Below the pieces are notes generated by a model. It was given only the letters and a program-made list of their open reading frames with translations, made no database searches and had not been told where the DNA came from. From assembly GCF_000196355.1 (NCBI RefSeq), contig NC_007614.1, positions 330,001 through 362,000 on the forward strand: a stretch of DNA of 32,000 nucleotides, read 5' to 3'. Source of the DNA: Nitrosospira multiformis ATCC 25196 (GTDB taxonomy: Bacteria; Pseudomonadota; Gammaproteobacteria; Burkholderiales; Nitrosomonadaceae). Positions 29,760 through 32,000 of the stretch are shown piece by piece. How positions within the stretch are numbered: the stretch's first letter is position 1; each line of letters opens with the position of its first letter. The translations under genes were made by a program, and so were the position numbers.

Positions 29760-31253
29760 ATGACCATCAGTGAAAAGATAATTGGAGGGTACGCCATCAT
29801 ACTGGCGCTTCTTGCACTCTCCACCGCTGTCGCATTCTATGCACTCGGCCAGACACAGGCGACCTACGATCATTTCCTGCGCGTAGACGAGCGACTGATG
29901 GAAAGTGCGAATGAACTTCGGATTGCGGGATTTGCGCAACAAACCTATGTTCGGGGTATTTTGCTTTATCCAGACCTGCTGAAGACCAACCACGCACTCC
30001 TCCAGGACAATGATCGCCGGTTCAAGCAAATCCTCGAAAAAATTCGACAGCTAAGGAGTGGAAACAAGGGGGATAGTCTACTCGACGAGCTCCAGTCCCT
30101 GCACCAACAACTGGAGGAGGCCCAGCAACAAGCCGTCCGGCTCTCGTTCGAGCAAAAACGCGAGGAAGCGCTCGCCTTCGTGACGAACACATTCCGCCCC
30201 CTCAGCCTTGTATTTATAGATAAGGCCAAGCATTTCTATGAGCAACAATCTGCAATTCTGGAAAGTAGAAAAATTGAAGCCTCGGATAAAGTAAGCTCCT
30301 ATACCGCTGTATTGGTGGCTGTTTCTTTATTTACTGTTTTGGTTGGACTAACAATCGGCATTCGCCTGAGTCGCATGATTACCGGGCGGCTCCGGGAGAG
30401 CATCGCCCAACTTGCGTCGTCTTCAGCAGAGATTCTTTCCACCACGTCCCAGGTAGCCGCTGGCGCAGCCGAGACTGCAGCCGCAGTAAGCGAGACAACC
30501 GCCACCGTGGAAGAGGTCAAGCAAACCGCATTGACTACGAGCCAGAAAGCCAAATATGTGTCAGACAGCGCCCAGAAAGCTTCCAATATCTCCGAGGCTG
30601 GACGCAAATCGGTGGGGGAGGCTATTAGTGGAATGAATCGGATTCAGGAGCAGATGGAATCCATAGCTGAGAGCATTATGCAGCTCTCCAAGCAGGGGCA
30701 TGCCATCGGCGAGATCATTGCCACAGTCAACGATCTGGCTGAGCAATCCAATTTATTGGCCGTGAATGCCGCTATTGAGGCGACGCGGGCTGGGGAGCAA
30801 GGTAAGAGTTTTGGCGTAGTTGCTCGAGAGATAAGAAGTCTGGCGGATCAATCCAAACAAGCCACTGCCCAAGTGCGAACCATTCTGGGGGATATTCAGA
30901 AAGCGACTAATGCTGCGGTACTCGCCACTGAGCAGGGCAATAAAGCGGTAGAGGCGGGGGTCAGGCAATCCACCGAAACGGATGAAGCAATCCGCCTGCT
31001 GTCCACCAGCATCAGTGAGGCAGCGCAAGCAGCTACCCAAATCGCGGCATCAAGCAAGCAACAAATGGTCGGCATGGACCAGGTGGTGATGGCCATGACT
31101 AATATCCAGCAGGCGAGCGAACAGAACGTGGCAGGTACCAAGCAGGCAGAATCAGCGGCACAAGGCTTGTATGAGATGGGGAATAAATTGAGTGTCCTCG
31201 TAGGCAGCAAGAAAGACCGTTTCGTAGAGGAAGCGGGAAAAGTCCATGCCTGA
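29760..31253 (+). CDS. Methyl-accepting chemotaxis protein (two TM helices, helical periplasmic sensor, apparently no canonical HAMP)
   Basis: 497 aa. TM1 is at about aa 9-29, a helical periplasmic region at about 30-180, and TM2 at about 181-203. The signalling hairpin tip reads ..SNLLAVNAAIEATRAGEQGKSFGVVAREIRSLADQS... Confidence 0.92.
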   Translation: MTISEKIIGGYAIILALLALSTAVAFYALGQTQATYDHFLRVDERLMESANELRIAGFAQQTYVRGILLYPDLLKTNHALLQDNDRRFKQILEKIRQLRSGNKGDSLLDELQSLHQQLEEAQQQAVRLSFEQKREEALAFVTNTFRPLSLVFIDKAKHFYEQQSAILESRKIEASDKVSSYTAVLVAVSLFTVLVGLTIGIRLSRMITGRLRESIAQLASSSAEILSTTSQVAAGAAETAAAVSETTATVEEVKQTALTTSQKAKYVSDSAQKASNISEAGRKSVGEAISGMNRIQEQMESIAESIMQLSKQGHAIGEIIATVNDLAEQSNLLAVNAAIEATRAGEQGKSFGVVAREIRSLADQSKQATAQVRTILGDIQKATNAAVLATEQGNKAVEAGVRQSTETDEAIRLLSTSISEAAQAATQIAASSKQQMVGMDQVVMAMTNIQQASEQNVAGTKQAESAAQGLYEMGNKLSVLVGSKKDRFVEEAGKVHA

Positions 31254-32000
31254 CAAAAGGGATGTGCTTTTGGAAAGGCTCCTTGCAATGTTTCGCATCG
31301 AGGCAGAGGCCCACCTGAAGGATATATCGTCGGGACTGCTCGCCCTGGAGGGAAAACCTGTAGATACCCCGGCGTTCGATATCATTGAGAACATGTTGCG
31401 GTGCGCACACAGTCTCAAAGGCGCAGCACGAGCAGTCAATTTTGCCCAAGTCGAGGAGACCTGCCGTTCTCTGGAAAATGTATTCTCCGCACTGAAAGAT
31501 AAAAGCCTTGCTGTATCGTCATCGCTCATCGATCAGCTGCTTAAGGCGGTCGATGCCCTGGGGACACTCGTTTCAGGAGAGGGCAGCATGGCTGAGCGGC
31601 AAAAGCTGTTGTCGGCTACAGTAACCCGACAGCTCAATGAAATGTTGAAAAGTCCCACCAAAGAAGGACGTACGGGCTCCTCCTTATCGCAGGCCGCGTC
31701 CCCTTTATCTTTGCTTCCCCCTGATGAATCATCCGCAACCCGTGCCGATGTAGGGGCATATTTGCGAACCTCTATTCCGAGCCATGCATCTGCCACAATC
31801 AGAGTGCCTACCGTAAAACTCGAAAAGGTTTTGCGTCAGGTTGAGGAATTTTTGCTGCCGTGCCTGACAGCGCGACAACGGGCCAAGGAGCTAGGCGAAA
31901 TCACTACGACACTTGCCGTATGGAAGAAACAGCGTCTGCAAATCCAGTCGGTGGTGCGCATTATTGATCGCGAGATGACATCCAGCCTCAAGGATCGCTC
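31246..32000 (+). CDS. cheA: Chemosensory histidine kinase CheA-like, N-terminal part (3' end outside window)
   Basis: ATG 31246 overlaps the mcp stop by 8 nt, and the frame is open to the window end. The Hpt domain has the phospho-His motif ..LRCAHSLKGAARAVNF.., followed by a Ser/Pro-rich linker and then ..ATIRVPTVKLEKVLRQVEEFL... Confidence 0.85.
   Translation, partial: MPDKRDVLLERLLAMFRIEAEAHLKDISSGLLALEGKPVDTPAFDIIENMLRCAHSLKGAARAVNFAQVEETCRSLENVFSALKDKSLAVSSSLIDQLLKAVDALGTLVSGEGSMAERQKLLSATVTRQLNEMLKSPTKEGRTGSSLSQAASPLSLLPPDESSATRADVGAYLRTSIPSHASATIRVPTVKLEKVLRQVEEFLLPCLTARQRAKELGEITTTLAVWKKQRLQIQSVVRIIDREMTSSLKDR

Overview
Most of this window is core genome from a bacterium of about 54% GC. 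Gene order and protein sequences look betaproteobacterial, possibly Nitrosomonadales-like, but that is only a guess. Left to right: the end of the F1F0 ATP synthase operon (atpH' A G D C plus terminator); glmU and glmS; a minus-strand cell-shape block mreB-mreC-mreD-mrdA-rodA-rlpA with start/stop overlaps among the middle four genes, followed by an unrecognisable 327-aa acidic protein; gatC-gatA-gatB; a 1.7-kb AT-rich, gene-poor islet (19.7-21.4 kb) with only small ORFs; a RelE/ParE-type toxin with an RHH antitoxin; a secreted MsrA / thioredoxin-like / MsrB fusion; a 951-aa 4xPAS-GGDEF-EAL protein; a 550-bp non-coding spacer; and the start of a non-flagellar-looking (Wsp/ACF-like) chemosensory cluster, cheW, cheR-TPR, cheW, mcp, cheA', which runs off the window. 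I see no CRISPR array, rRNA or tRNA gene, transposase or integrase, and no clear multi-gene defence system. The parts most worth follow-up are the chemosensory cluster beside the c-di-GMP enzyme, the MsrA-Trx-MsrB domain order, the orphan 327-aa gene, and the AT-rich islet with small SD-preceded ORFs next to the TA module. All functional calls come from reading the translated ORFs by eye for motifs. No database search was run.
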